64,000 bases of DNA from NCBI GenBank assembly GCA_040218575.1, contig JAVJRE010000005.1, forward strand, positions 26,419-90,418, read 5' to 3'. The position numbers and the translations under genes were made by a program. Shown here in pieces: positions 1 through 9,643 of this stretch. The notes under the pieces were generated by a model. The model ran no database searches, was not told the origin of the DNA, and saw only the letters and a list, made by a program, of their open reading frames with translations. Source of the stretch: Alphaproteobacteria bacterium (lineage in GTDB: Bacteria > Pseudomonadota > Alphaproteobacteria > JAVJRE01). Every line of letters starts with the position of its first letter. Position 1 is the stretch's first letter.

Positions 1-1274
1 GCCTGCTGGCCAGCGCGCCACTCAACGATACGCTGTTGGTGTGGCTGGCGGTGGCGGCGGCGGCGGCCGTGTCATGGCTGATGACGCGGGGCCGGCGCGG
101 CCAGAGTTTTCGCCTGCTGGCGGCGGACGAGACCGCTGCGGCGAGCATCGGCATCAACGGCGGCCGACTGCGTCACGAAGCACTGGTGGTTGCCGGCGCC
201 CTGGCCGGACTGGCCGGCGGCCTGCAGGCCCATGTGCTGAGCGTGATCAGCGCCGGCGCCCTGGCGTTCGAGGGCATGGTGTTGATTCTGGCCATGACCG
301 TGATCGGCGGCCGCGGCCATCTGGCAGGACCCATCGCGGGCGCTCTGCTGCTGGTGGTGATGCCGGAAGTGGCGCGGCCGCTGCAGCAATACTATCTGCT
401 GGCGGTCGGCGGTGTGATGCTCGCGGTGCTGATCGCGGCGCCCGATGGCCTGGTGCGCCGGCCACGACCCGGCACCCGCCCGGTCGGCCAGACCAGCTCG
501 GTCGTGGACCGGCCAATGAGGCCGCTGGCCAATGATGGTCCCGTCCTGCGGCTTGACGACGTGCACAAGCGCTTCGGCGGCGTACGGGCGCTGAGTGGTG
601 TGGGCCTGACGATCACGGCCGGCGAATGCGTCGGGCTGGTCGGCGCCAACGGCTCGGGCAAAAGCACCATCGCCAATATCGTCAGCGGACTGGTCCAGCC
701 CGATAGCGGCCGCATCATGATCGGGGGGGCCGTAATCGGGCCCGGGCTTGCGCCCTGGCGGCGGGCGCGCCTCGGCATCAGCCGGGTGTTTCAGAGCCGC
801 CGGCTGGCCGGCCATATGACCGTGCTCGACAATGTGGCGGTCGCCCTGGCGGGACAACCGACCGGTGATGCAGCCATACAGCAGGCGGCGGCTTTGCTGG
901 AGGAAATGGGCATCGCCGACCAGGCTCACGCCCTGGCCCATACACTGGCCCATGGCATGGCCCGTCGGGTGGAAATCGCCCGCGCCCTTGCCGGCCGGCC
1001 CGGCCTGCTGATCCTGGACGAGCCGGCCGCCGGCCTGACCGCCCAAGGGCGCGATCACCTGGCAATGGCCCTGCGGCGGCGACAGGCCCTGGGCATGGCG
1101 GTTCTGGTTATCGAACACGATCTGACCTTCCTCGGCCGCATCGCCGGACGGGTCCTGTGCCTGGCCGACGGAGTCATCGTCGCCGAAGCCCGCGGCGGTA
1201 CCGCGATGTCCGATCCGACCATTGCCGCGGCCCTGCTGGGCCGGACAGCCAGCGTGGCAGGCGGCGCCTCATGA
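1..1274 (+). CDS. Branched-chain amino acid ABC transporter, fused permease (LivM-like C-terminal part) and ATP-binding (LivG-like) protein; 5' end outside window
   Basis: Frame is open from nt 3 to the stop at 1272-1274. The hydrophobic permease end (GRGHLAGPIAGALLLVVMPE) continues without a stop into LRLDDVHKRFGG...GANGSGKST (Walker A)...LILDEPAAGL (Walker B). Confidence 0.8.
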   Translation, partial: LLASAPLNDTLLVWLAVAAAAAVSWLMTRGRRGQSFRLLAADETAAASIGINGGRLRHEALVVAGALAGLAGGLQAHVLSVISAGALAFEGMVLILAMTVIGGRGHLAGPIAGALLLVVMPEVARPLQQYYLLAVGGVMLAVLIAAPDGLVRRPRPGTRPVGQTSSVVDRPMRPLANDGPVLRLDDVHKRFGGVRALSGVGLTITAGECVGLVGANGSGKSTIANIVSGLVQPDSGRIMIGGAVIGPGLAPWRRARLGISRVFQSRRLAGHMTVLDNVAVALAGQPTGDAAIQQAAALLEEMGIADQAHALAHTLAHGMARRVEIARALAGRPGLLILDEPAAGLTAQGRDHLAMALRRRQALGMAVLVIEHDLTFLGRIAGRVLCLADGVIVAEARGGTAMSDPTIAAALLGRTASVAGGAS

Positions 1275-2047
1275 CCCGAGTGTGCCTGGATATTCAGAAC
1301 CTGACCGCCCGCTGGCCACAAACCGGCGACGGGGTGGAGGATGTTTCCCTGCAGATGACACCGGGCCAGCGGGTCGCCGTGCTGGGGGCCAACGGTTCCG
1401 GTAAATCCACGCTTCTGCTGGCGGTCATGGGCCTGCTGCCGGCGGCGGGCCGCATCGTTTTCAATGGCACAGACATCACGCACCTTGCAGTAGCGCGGCG
1501 GGCCCGTCTCGGTATCGGCCTGGTGCCACAAGGCCGCCGCCTGTTCCCCGGCCTCAGCGTGGAGGAAACCCTGATTGCCGCCGGGCCGGCCAGCCGCCGC
1601 CTGCGCCGCCAGCGACGCGACCGTGTGCTGACCCTGTTCCCGGGTCTGGGTCGCCGTTTACGCACGACAGCGTGGCGGCTGTCCGGCGGTGAGCAGCACA
1701 TGCTGGCCATCGCTCGCGCCCTGATGATGCAGCCAGCGCTGCTGTTGCTGGACGAGCCCAGCGCCGGCCTGGCACCGGCGGCCGCCGCCGGCCTCTATGA
1801 CCGGTTGGCCGACCTGGCCGATGACGGCATGGCCATGCTGGTGGCCGAGCAGAACATCACCGCCGCCCTCGCCTTTGCGCCGCGAACTCTGGTGATGTCC
1901 GCCGGGCGCGTTGTTGCGGACGAGGCAAGCCGACGCCTTGAACATGGCGGCCGCCTGGCCGACCTGCTGCTGCACGGCAAGAGGGGCCAATTGCCGACAC
2001 CGCGCAAAACACCTAAACAGGACGAAGCAAGTCCCGGGAGTTCCTGA
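1271..2047 (+). CDS. livF: Branched-chain amino acid ABC transporter ATP-binding protein (LivF-like)
   Basis: ATG at 1271 overlaps the upstream stop (ATGA). Motifs: GANGSGKSTLL Walker A, LSGGEQHMLAIARAL signature, LLLLDEPSAGL Walker B. Confidence 0.85.
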   Translation: MTRVCLDIQNLTARWPQTGDGVEDVSLQMTPGQRVAVLGANGSGKSTLLLAVMGLLPAAGRIVFNGTDITHLAVARRARLGIGLVPQGRRLFPGLSVEETLIAAGPASRRLRRQRRDRVLTLFPGLGRRLRTTAWRLSGGEQHMLAIARALMMQPALLLLDEPSAGLAPAAAAGLYDRLADLADDGMAMLVAEQNITAALAFAPRTLVMSAGRVVADEASRRLEHGGRLADLLLHGKRGQLPTPRKTPKQDEASPGSS

Positions 2048-2739
2048 TGGCCGTTCGTTCCAGCACCCCGACGCCCGCCCCCGGCGACGCCGTGGCGCGT
2101 TCAATCGCCCGCAGCCTGCTGGACATCGGTGCCGTGTCCATGCGTCCCGAGGCGCCCTTCACCCTGACCTCCGGCAAGCCAAGCCCGGTCTATGTGGATT
2201 GCCGGCGAATCATCAGCTTCCCGTCCGAACGCAACCAGATCATTACCGCCGCCGTAGCGCAGATCGACACCCGCATCGGCCGGACCAACATTGACATGGT
2301 GGCCGGCGGCGAGACCGCCGGTATTCCCTATGCCGCCTGGCTGGCCGACCGGCTTGGCTGTCCCATGCTGTATGTGCGCAAAAAGCCCAAGGGTTTCGGG
2401 CGCAACGCCCAGATCGAGGGTGTCGTCAAAGAGGGCGCCCGCGTATTGCTGGCCGAGGACATGACCACCGACGGCGGCAGCAAGATGGTCTTCATCGATG
2501 CCTTGCGCAACGCGGGCGCGGTGGTCAAGGAGTGCTGGGTGACATTTCGCTATGGTGAGGCGGCCGTAGCGCGCCTGGCCGAAGTCGGCGTCCAGTTGCT
2601 GAGCCTGGCAAGCTGGGCCGACATCATCGCCGTCGCCCGTAAGGAGCAGCGCATTGCGCCGGACATGCTGCGCGAGGTCGAATCGTTCCTGGCCGATCCC
2701 GCCGCCTGGCAGGCCCGCCATACGGGCGCCGGCCAGTGA
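2047..2739 (+). CDS. pyrE: Orotate phosphoribosyltransferase
   Basis: TGATG overlap with livF stop. PRPP-binding motif VLLAEDMTTDGGSK, plus GGETAGIPYAAWLA and YVRKKPKGFG, typical of alphaproteobacterial PyrE. Confidence 0.85.
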   Translation: MAVRSSTPTPAPGDAVARSIARSLLDIGAVSMRPEAPFTLTSGKPSPVYVDCRRIISFPSERNQIITAAVAQIDTRIGRTNIDMVAGGETAGIPYAAWLADRLGCPMLYVRKKPKGFGRNAQIEGVVKEGARVLLAEDMTTDGGSKMVFIDALRNAGAVVKECWVTFRYGEAAVARLAEVGVQLLSLASWADIIAVARKEQRIAPDMLREVESFLADPAAWQARHTGAGQ

Positions 2740-2746
2740 GTGGCAC

Positions 2747-3763
2747 GTGCCCGTGAGCGGCGCCAACACCCAGGTCTTTCTGGCCCGCCGTCCCGACCAT
2801 ATGCCGGGCGATGATGTGTTCGGCTTTCGCCAGATAGCCGTACCCGCGATCCGGCCGGGCGAGGTTCTGGTGGAGGCGGTGTATGTGTCGCTGGACCCCT
2901 ATATGCGTGGCGCCATGAACGGCAGTTTCGTGGTTGGCGAGGCCATGAGCGGCGGCGTGGTCGGGCGTATTGCCGACGGCGGCAACAGCGGCCTGCGCCA
3001 GGGGGCCTGGGTCCAGGCCAGCCTGCCGTGGCAGTCCTTCAGCGCGGTAGCGGCCGACCAGGTCCGCCTGCTCGACGCCGATGACGCGCCGGTCAGCACG
3101 GCACTGGGCGTCCTCGGCATGCCCGGGCTGACCGCCTGGACGGGTCTGCACAATGTGGCCGGTATCGAGCCCGGCGAGAGCGTGTTCGTGTCCGCCGCCA
3201 CCGGCGCCGTCGGCAGCGTCGCCGGCCAGATCGCCCGGCTGCACGGCTGCCGGGTGATCGGCTGCGCCGGCAGCGACGAGAAGTGCGCCTGGGCGCGGGA
3301 CGTGCTGGGCTATGACGGGATGATCAACCACCGCAGCGCAAGTGACCTTGCCACAGCCATCGCCGCGCTGGCGCCGGATGGTGTGGACGTGGATTTCGAA
3401 AATGTAGGCGGCCCGGTGATGCAGGCGGTGATCGCCAATATGAACACGCATGGCCGCATCGCCCTGTGCGGCATGATCTCGCAATACAACCGCCTGGGGG
3501 CAGAGGCCGGCCCTAACAATCTGTTCAGGCTGATCTATGGCCGTATTCGCATGCAGGGATTCATCGTTTCCGACTATGCGGAGGAGGCGGAACCGTTTCG
3601 CCGCCAGGTGGGAGCCTGGGTCCGCGCCGGCAAGTTGCACTATCGTGAGGACATTGCAGAAGGCTGGACGGCATTGCCGCAAGCCTTTCGCAGCCTGCTG
3701 AGCGGCGACAATTTCGGCAAGGTTCTGGTGCAGGTCAGCGACGACCCGAGCCGCCGGACCTGA
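2747..3763 (+). CDS. NADP-dependent oxidoreductase, medium-chain dehydrogenase/reductase family (YncB/CurA/alkenal reductase-like)
   Basis: GEVLVEAVYVSLDPYMRG N-terminal motif and AATGAVGSVAGQIA nucleotide-binding loop. Start set at the GTG just after the pyrE stop; the ORF-track 5' extension overlaps pyrE. Confidence 0.75.
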   Translation: MPVSGANTQVFLARRPDHMPGDDVFGFRQIAVPAIRPGEVLVEAVYVSLDPYMRGAMNGSFVVGEAMSGGVVGRIADGGNSGLRQGAWVQASLPWQSFSAVAADQVRLLDADDAPVSTALGVLGMPGLTAWTGLHNVAGIEPGESVFVSAATGAVGSVAGQIARLHGCRVIGCAGSDEKCAWARDVLGYDGMINHRSASDLATAIAALAPDGVDVDFENVGGPVMQAVIANMNTHGRIALCGMISQYNRLGAEAGPNNLFRLIYGRIRMQGFIVSDYAEEAEPFRRQVGAWVRAGKLHYREDIAEGWTALPQAFRSLLSGDNFGKVLVQVSDDPSRRT

Positions 3764-3785
3764 TCCGCCGCCAGGCCCGCCGCCT

Positions 3786-4709
3786 CTAGCCGGCGGCGAT
3801 GACCTCAGGAGCCGCCGCCATGTGGCGCTCTATCTCGCTCGCCCGCGGCATGGCGGACTGCGCCCCCAGCCCCAGACAGGCGAGAGCGCCGGCGACCCCG
3901 GCGCGGCGGGCCGCCTCGCGAAGATCGAGCCCGCCATCGAGTGCGGCGGCGAGGACACCGGCGAAGCAGTCGCCGGCCCCGGTGGTATCCACCGGCCTGA
4001 CCGGCAGTGCGGCCATGGAGAAAACACCGTGGCCATCAACCCCGACGAGACCATCGCCGCCGAGTGTGATGATCACCTCCAGCCCGTGCGCGGCGGCGAG
4101 ATCGCGCGCCAGGTCGGCCGGCGGACGAGCGTTCTCCGCCACGCCCATGGCCATGGCCGCCTCGATGCGGTTGACCAGCAGGACGTCGCTCGCCGCCAGC
4201 AGACCGGCCGGCGGCGGCATGGCCGGCGCCAGATTGAGGATGACCCGACCGCCGGCATCGTGTATCCGCCGGGCGACCGCGGTCGACTCGCCGGCCGTTA
4301 TTTCCATCTGCAGCAGGAGAGTGGCGTCGGCCGAATACCACGCCGCCGGCACATGACCGGCCCGCAGATCGCGATTGGCGCCGGAAGCGACCATGATGGC
4401 GTTCTCGCCGGAGGCAGCGACGGCGATGGCCGCACATCCGGTCGGTGATTGCGTTCGCACCACCGCAGCGAGATCGACCCCGGCACCACGCACGCCGGCG
4501 AGTGCGGCCGTGGCGAAATCGTCGCGGCCGACCGCCGCCACAAGCCGGACGTCAGCGGCGCCGGCACGGCTGGCGGCCAAAGCCTGGTTTGCGCCCTTGC
4601 CGCCGGGGGCCATGACATAATCATCGCCCAGCACGGTCTCGCCCGGCTGCGGCAACCTGGCCAGCGGGAAAGACAGATCCAGATTGACCGAACCGAAGAC
4701 CAGGATCAT
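3786..4709 (-). CDS. PfkB-family carbohydrate kinase, ribokinase-like
   Basis: MILVFGSVNLDL..., GGKGANQALAA and TTGAGDCFAG motifs characteristic of ribokinase/PfkB kinases. Confidence 0.8.
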   Translation of the reverse strand: MILVFGSVNLDLSFPLARLPQPGETVLGDDYVMAPGGKGANQALAASRAGAADVRLVAAVGRDDFATAALAGVRGAGVDLAAVVRTQSPTGCAAIAVAASGENAIMVASGANRDLRAGHVPAAWYSADATLLLQMEITAGESTAVARRIHDAGGRVILNLAPAMPPPAGLLAASDVLLVNRIEAAMAMGVAENARPPADLARDLAAAHGLEVIITLGGDGLVGVDGHGVFSMAALPVRPVDTTGAGDCFAGVLAAALDGGLDLREAARRAGVAGALACLGLGAQSAMPRASEIERHMAAAPEVIAAG

Positions 4710-4724
4710 CGGCCGGTCAGTCGC

Positions 4725-5558
4725 CTAGTGGCCGAGCAGCACCGGCACGGTCATGCTGCGCAGTATGCCGCGGGTGGCCCCACCGAGAACCAGTTCCCGC
4801 ATACGCGAATGGCCGTAACCACCCATGACCAGCATTTCCGCGCCTTCATCGGAAATGAAGTTGAGCAGAATGTCGGCGACGGAGGAATCGGCGCCCTGTT
4901 CGGTCCGCGCCGTCACATCAAGGCCGTGACGGGCCAGGTGCGCGGCCATGTCGGCCCCGGGCAACGGCCCCAGATCCTCGGCATCCGGCGCAACAGACAA
5001 GAGGGTCACCTTTTCCGCCATAGCCATCAGCGGCAATGCGTCATGAATGGCGCGGGTCGCGGCCCGGCTGGCGTCCCACGCCGCTACCACATGGCGCGGC
5101 GGCGGCGTGAAGGCACCGGCGTAGGGCACCACCAGAACCGGCCGCCCGGCATTGAGCGCGGCGCTGGCGGCGACGGTGCTGGAGCCGCCGGGCGGGGTCG
5201 GCTCGTCAGGGTCAGGCTGACCGACGATAATAAGATCCGCATAGCGACCATGCAGGGCGACCGCCTCGTCAACGCCATCGCGCGCCTCACGCCACTCGAC
5301 GGAGCCGCCCGCGCCGGAGACCGCCTTCTCGAACATCGCCTTCGATCGGGCGGCGCCCTCTTTCGCCACGTCCATCAGGGTTTCATACACTTCCGCCGTC
5401 ATGGGCTGGCCCATACTCGCCATCACCATGGGCGTCCCTACCACATAGAGGCCGGCGATCCGCGCCTTGCTGCGCTCGGCCAGAGCCAGGGCGTAGGCCA
5501 GTCGGGCCGGCAGGTGGCGCGACGCGTCCGCATGCACGAGAATGTCCCTGATGGTCAT
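4725..5558 (-). CDS. Universal stress protein, tandem UspA domains
   Basis: Two Usp modules. The second ends in LVMGGYGHSRMRELVLGGATRGILRSMTVPVLLGH. Start moved to the ATG at 5558, preceded by GGAAGGA. Confidence 0.75.
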   Translation of the reverse strand: MTIRDILVHADASRHLPARLAYALALAERSKARIAGLYVVGTPMVMASMGQPMTAEVYETLMDVAKEGAARSKAMFEKAVSGAGGSVEWREARDGVDEAVALHGRYADLIIVGQPDPDEPTPPGGSSTVAASAALNAGRPVLVVPYAGAFTPPPRHVVAAWDASRAATRAIHDALPLMAMAEKVTLLSVAPDAEDLGPLPGADMAAHLARHGLDVTARTEQGADSSVADILLNFISDEGAEMLVMGGYGHSRMRELVLGGATRGILRSMTVPVLLGH

Positions 5559-5749
5559 GGATCTGTCCTTCCTGAGAGCCGTGCGCGTGGCTTTGGCCAA
5601 ACGCCGCGGCGGGGGATTGAGCCGACACAATGCCTGGGCCAGCCAGTCAGCGGACGCGGCCAGGGGGTATGACACGTGAAACTTAGGCCGCTGTCCGGCT
5701 GGCCGCCAGCCACTGCACAGGGATAAACGCCCTTGGCCGGGAAAGACCA

Positions 5750-7198
5750 ATGATTCAGATCAATACGCCCCGTCCACTGGTGCCGGTCATCCTGTCCGGC
5801 GGCGCCGGCAGCCGTCTGTGGCCGTTGTCCAGGGCCGGCTATCCCAAGCAATTGCTGCCGCTGGTGACGGAGCGGTCACTGTTGCAGGAAACCGTGCTGC
5901 GGGCCGGCGTCGCGGCCGGGTTCCTGCCGCCGGTCCTGATTTGCAACGAGGCTCAGCGCTTTCTGGTGGCCGAACAGATGCGAACCGTCGGCGTCACCGC
6001 GGGATGCATCGCTCTGGAGCCGGAAGGCCGCAATACGGCGCCGGCGGTGGCGACAGGCGCCCTGCTGGTGCGCCGGCAGTCGCCGGGGGCCCTGATGGCG
6101 GTCTTTGCCTCCGACCATGCGGTGGCGGATACAGACGCCTTCATCAAGGCGGTCTCCACCGCCGCCGGCGCCGCTGCGCAAGGCTATCTGGCGACACTCG
6201 GCATCACGCCAGACCGGCCGGACACCGGCTATGGCTATATCCGTCGCGGCGCGCCGCTGGCCGGGTGTCCCGGCGCGTTCGCCATACAGCGGTTTGTGGA
6301 GAAGCCGGACCGGGCGCGAGCCGAAGCCATGCTGGCGGAAGGCGGCCATGACTGGAACAGCGCCATGTTCGTATTCGACCCCCAGGTCTTTCTGGACGAG
6401 CTGCAAACCCTGGAGCCGGAGATATACGCCGCGTGCGGTGCGGCCGTGGACAGAGCCGCACAGGACCTGGACTTCCTGCGCCTGGACAGCGAGGCGTTCT
6501 GCCGGTCGCCGGCCCGACCGGTGGATACCGCCGTGATGGAACGCACGTCCAGAGGCGTGGTGGTGCCGGCCGACCTCGGCTGGAGCGACGTAGGGTCATG
6601 GCATGCGTTGTGGCAGATCGCCCGGCGCGACAGCGATGACAATTCCCTGCACGGCCCGGTTGTCGCACTGGACAGCCATGGCAGCTATGTGCGGGCGGAG
6701 CATGGGGTGGTTGGCGTTGTCGGTCTGACGGACATGGTGGTGGTGGCCACCGACGATGCGGTATTCGTCGCCCCGCGCGACCGCGCCTCAGAGGCCGGCC
6801 TGCTGGTCGAGCGGTTGCGGGCACAGAATTACAGCGCCGCCGATGAACCGACCCGTATCTATCGGCCGTGGGGCTGGTACCAGAGTCTGGACCAGGGGCC
6901 GGGCTATCAGGTGAAGCACCTGTACGTCTACGCCAACGCAAAGCTGTCGTTGCAGATGCACCACCGGCGGGCGGAGCACTGGATCGTCGTCAGCGGCACC
7001 GCACAGGTTGTGCGCGGCGACAGCCACTTCGCGCTGGAGGCCAATCAAAGCACCTACATCCCGGTGGAAACGCTCCACCGTCTGGGCAATGACGGGCCGG
7101 AGCCCCTGTCCGTGATTGAAATCCAGTCCGGTGACTATCTGGGCGAGGATGACATCGTCCGTTTCGAGGACGATTTCGGCCGCACGGCCAGCGACTAG
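5750..7198 (+). CDS. manC: Mannose-1-phosphate guanylyltransferase / mannose-6-phosphate isomerase (type II PMI-GMP)
   Basis: PVILSGGAGSRLWPLSR...YPKQLLPL nucleotidyltransferase N-terminus. C-terminal cupin with QMHHRRAEHWIVVSGTA. Confidence 0.9.
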   Translation: MIQINTPRPLVPVILSGGAGSRLWPLSRAGYPKQLLPLVTERSLLQETVLRAGVAAGFLPPVLICNEAQRFLVAEQMRTVGVTAGCIALEPEGRNTAPAVATGALLVRRQSPGALMAVFASDHAVADTDAFIKAVSTAAGAAAQGYLATLGITPDRPDTGYGYIRRGAPLAGCPGAFAIQRFVEKPDRARAEAMLAEGGHDWNSAMFVFDPQVFLDELQTLEPEIYAACGAAVDRAAQDLDFLRLDSEAFCRSPARPVDTAVMERTSRGVVVPADLGWSDVGSWHALWQIARRDSDDNSLHGPVVALDSHGSYVRAEHGVVGVVGLTDMVVVATDDAVFVAPRDRASEAGLLVERLRAQNYSAADEPTRIYRPWGWYQSLDQGPGYQVKHLYVYANAKLSLQMHHRRAEHWIVVSGTAQVVRGDSHFALEANQSTYIPVETLHRLGNDGPEPLSVIEIQSGDYLGEDDIVRFEDDFGRTASD

Positions 7199-7791
7199 CC
7201 ATCGAGCCAGGTTTCCCGTCCCCGCTCCAGCACCAGAATGGCCTCGTGCGGAAACGATTCCAGGGCGGTCACCCGATCGCGGCCAAACCCGCCATAGACG
7301 CCGCGCAAAATACGATTGAACACACCATGTCCGACAACCATGTGAGTGGCCGACATATCGATAGTGTCAAGCCAGGCGCGTGCCCGCAGCGCCATGTCGG
7401 CCCGGCTCTCACCACCGGGCGCTGCCGCCATCCAGAGATCGGCCTGGCGGCGCCAGGCGGTCCACGCCGCTTCGTCACGGGCCATCATCTCACCATCGGT
7501 CAATCCATCCCACGGACCGAGGGACTGTTCGTTGAGGCGAGCGTCTCGCCGGATGGCCGCAGGGTCGCAGGCCAGTTCAGCCGCAAGCAACCGGGCCGTA
7601 TGCCAGGAGCGGTCAAGGGCGCTGGCCCAAAGCGTGAGCGGCGGCCCCACCGCCAGCAGCGGCGCCAGACGCCGGCCCATGGCTGCCGCCTGCGCCCTGC
7701 CCCGTGCGGTCAGCGGCGAGTCCTTCTGTCCCTGTAGCCGGCCGGCCACATTCCACTCAGTCTCGCCATGGCGCATGAGATATATCGTCAC
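7195..7791 (-). CDS. Histidine phosphatase family protein (phosphoglycerate mutase-like)
   Basis: VTIYLMRHGETEWN...RLQG catalytic RHG motif. GTG at 7791 preceded by AAGGA. Stop overlaps the manC stop by 4 nt (convergent). Confidence 0.75.
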   Translation of the reverse strand: MTIYLMRHGETEWNVAGRLQGQKDSPLTARGRAQAAAMGRRLAPLLAVGPPLTLWASALDRSWHTARLLAAELACDPAAIRRDARLNEQSLGPWDGLTDGEMMARDEAAWTAWRRQADLWMAAAPGGESRADMALRARAWLDTIDMSATHMVVGHGVFNRILRGVYGGFGRDRVTALESFPHEAILVLERGRETWLDG

Positions 7792-7970
7792 GGCGCCTGA
7801 TCCTTCCGCCAATACCGCCGGCCCGGGCCTTTTCCGCGGCCGCCCGCTCACCGCCCGGTGAGCGCGGGAGGTCGTGGAATGCCATCGCGCGGAGTATAGA
7901 CTGTCAGCCAGACACCGGGCGACCATCTGCCGTCCACCCGGCTGAGGCAGCAGGCCAACAGGGGAACACC

Positions 7971-9371
7971 ATGACCACGCCAGACGGAATCAATTCGGCC
8001 GTGGGCCGCGACAAGGCCTACCACCTGCACCCCTATTCGAATCCACGGGCGATCGAGCGCGACGGCCCCATGGTCATCGCTTCGGGTCGCGGCGTCTATG
8101 TGACGGATGAGAACGGCAAGGAGTATCTGGAGGGCCTGGCCGGCCTGTGGTGCACGTCGCTGGGCTTTAGCGAGGCACGGCTGGCCGACGCCGCCAACCG
8201 GCAGATGCGACGCCTGCCTTTCTATCAGAGCTTCACCGCCAAGGTGCCGGACATCACCACCGAACTGGCCGAACGCCTGATGCGGATTGCACCGGACAAT
8301 ATGAGCAAGGTGTTCTTCGTCAACTCCGGCTCAGAGGCCAACGACACGCAGGTCAAGATCGTCTGGTACTACAACAACGCCCGTGGTCGCCCGGAGAAAA
8401 AGAAGATCATCGCCCGCCAGCGGGCCTATCACGGCATTACGCTGGGCGCCCTCAACATGACCGGGGTCGCCTATGCACAGAACGGCTTCGACGTGCCGTT
8501 CGACCGCTTCAAGCATGTGAGTTGTCCGCACTATTATGACTATGCCGAACCTGGCGAAAGCGAAGAGGCCTTCGCCACCCGTCTGGCCGAAGAACTGGAC
8601 CGGATGATCGTGGCCGAAGGGCCGGAAACAGTGGCCGCCTTTATTGCCGAGCCGATCATGGGCGCCGGTGGCGTGGTGATTCCGCCACCTACATACTATG
8701 AGAAGATTCAGGCGGTGCTGAAAAAGCACGACGTGCTGCTGATCGCCGACGAAGTCATCTGTGGCTTTGGCCGCACCGGCAAGATGTTCGGCAGCCAGGC
8801 ACTGGGCATGAAGCCGGACCTGATTTCCATCGCCAAGGCCCTGTCGTCGGCCTATCTGCCCATCGGCGGCGTGATGATGAGCGACGAGATCTTTCAGGGC
8901 ATCGCCGACCTGTCGGACAAGTATGGCCAGTTTGGCCACGGCCACACCTATTCCGGCCACCCGGTGGCCGCGGCGGTCGCGCTGGAAACCCTCAAGATCT
9001 ATGAGGAGCGCGATATCCTGAGTCAGGTAGAGCGCATGGCGCCAGTACTGCAGGACGGCCTGCGCGCCTTTGCCGACCACCCGCTGGTGGGCAATGTCCG
9101 GGGTATGGGATTGATCGGCGCGATCCAGCTGGTGGCCGACAAGACGACCGGCCGGCATTTTGACCCGCCGCAGAAGGTGGCCATGCACCTCTATCAGCGG
9201 GCCCAGCACCACGGGGTGATCCTGCGCGCTGTGCCCGTGGACACGATCGCCTTCTGTCCGCCGCTGATCATCACGGCGGACGAGATCGCCACCATGCTGG
9301 AGCGCTTCGGCAAGGCGCTTGACGACACCTGGGCGTGGGTCAATGAAACCGGGCTGGTGGAAGCCGCCTGA
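7971..9371 (+). CDS. Class-III (omega) aminotransferase, aspartate aminotransferase superfamily
   Basis: 466 aa with SGSEANDT, YHGIT, LLIADEVICGFGRTG, SIAKALSS (PLP lysine) and HGHTYSGHP motifs. Confidence 0.85.
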   Translation: MTTPDGINSAVGRDKAYHLHPYSNPRAIERDGPMVIASGRGVYVTDENGKEYLEGLAGLWCTSLGFSEARLADAANRQMRRLPFYQSFTAKVPDITTELAERLMRIAPDNMSKVFFVNSGSEANDTQVKIVWYYNNARGRPEKKKIIARQRAYHGITLGALNMTGVAYAQNGFDVPFDRFKHVSCPHYYDYAEPGESEEAFATRLAEELDRMIVAEGPETVAAFIAEPIMGAGGVVIPPPTYYEKIQAVLKKHDVLLIADEVICGFGRTGKMFGSQALGMKPDLISIAKALSSAYLPIGGVMMSDEIFQGIADLSDKYGQFGHGHTYSGHPVAAAVALETLKIYEERDILSQVERMAPVLQDGLRAFADHPLVGNVRGMGLIGAIQLVADKTTGRHFDPPQKVAMHLYQRAQHHGVILRAVPVDTIAFCPPLIITADEIATMLERFGKALDDTWAWVNETGLVEAA

Positions 9372-9643
9372 AGCGGCGGTGGATCGCGCCCGGCCCATGC
9401 TCCCAATGGTCGCACCCCGGCCGGCCGGGCGGCCCTCGACGCCCCCGGCAGGACGTAATATCGTGCCGCCAGTTAGGCGGGCGTTAAGCCTGTTTGGACA
9501 TACTGAGCGCCATGTTTGCTCGTCAGGCACAGGAACGGATATGGCCCAAGGGGGAACCCGGCGGAGTCCCCGACCGGGGGGCCGACGGGAGCCCGGGCCG
9601 CAATTGTGAACCCATCAGCGTAAAGCCGACGGTCGGGGCTTTC

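Noticed and set aside
8331-9530. 399-aa minus-strand ORF opposite the class-III aminotransferase
   Set aside because: It is an antisense shadow. The plus frame has the PLP-aminotransferase motifs.
9604-9618. TTGTGAACCCATCAG upstream of hemA as a possible FNR/CRP-type box
   Set aside because: The half-site spacing is wrong for FNR (TTGAT-N4-ATCAA), and only one arm matches a CRP site. It lies only about 30 nt from the ATG. This is too weak to call.
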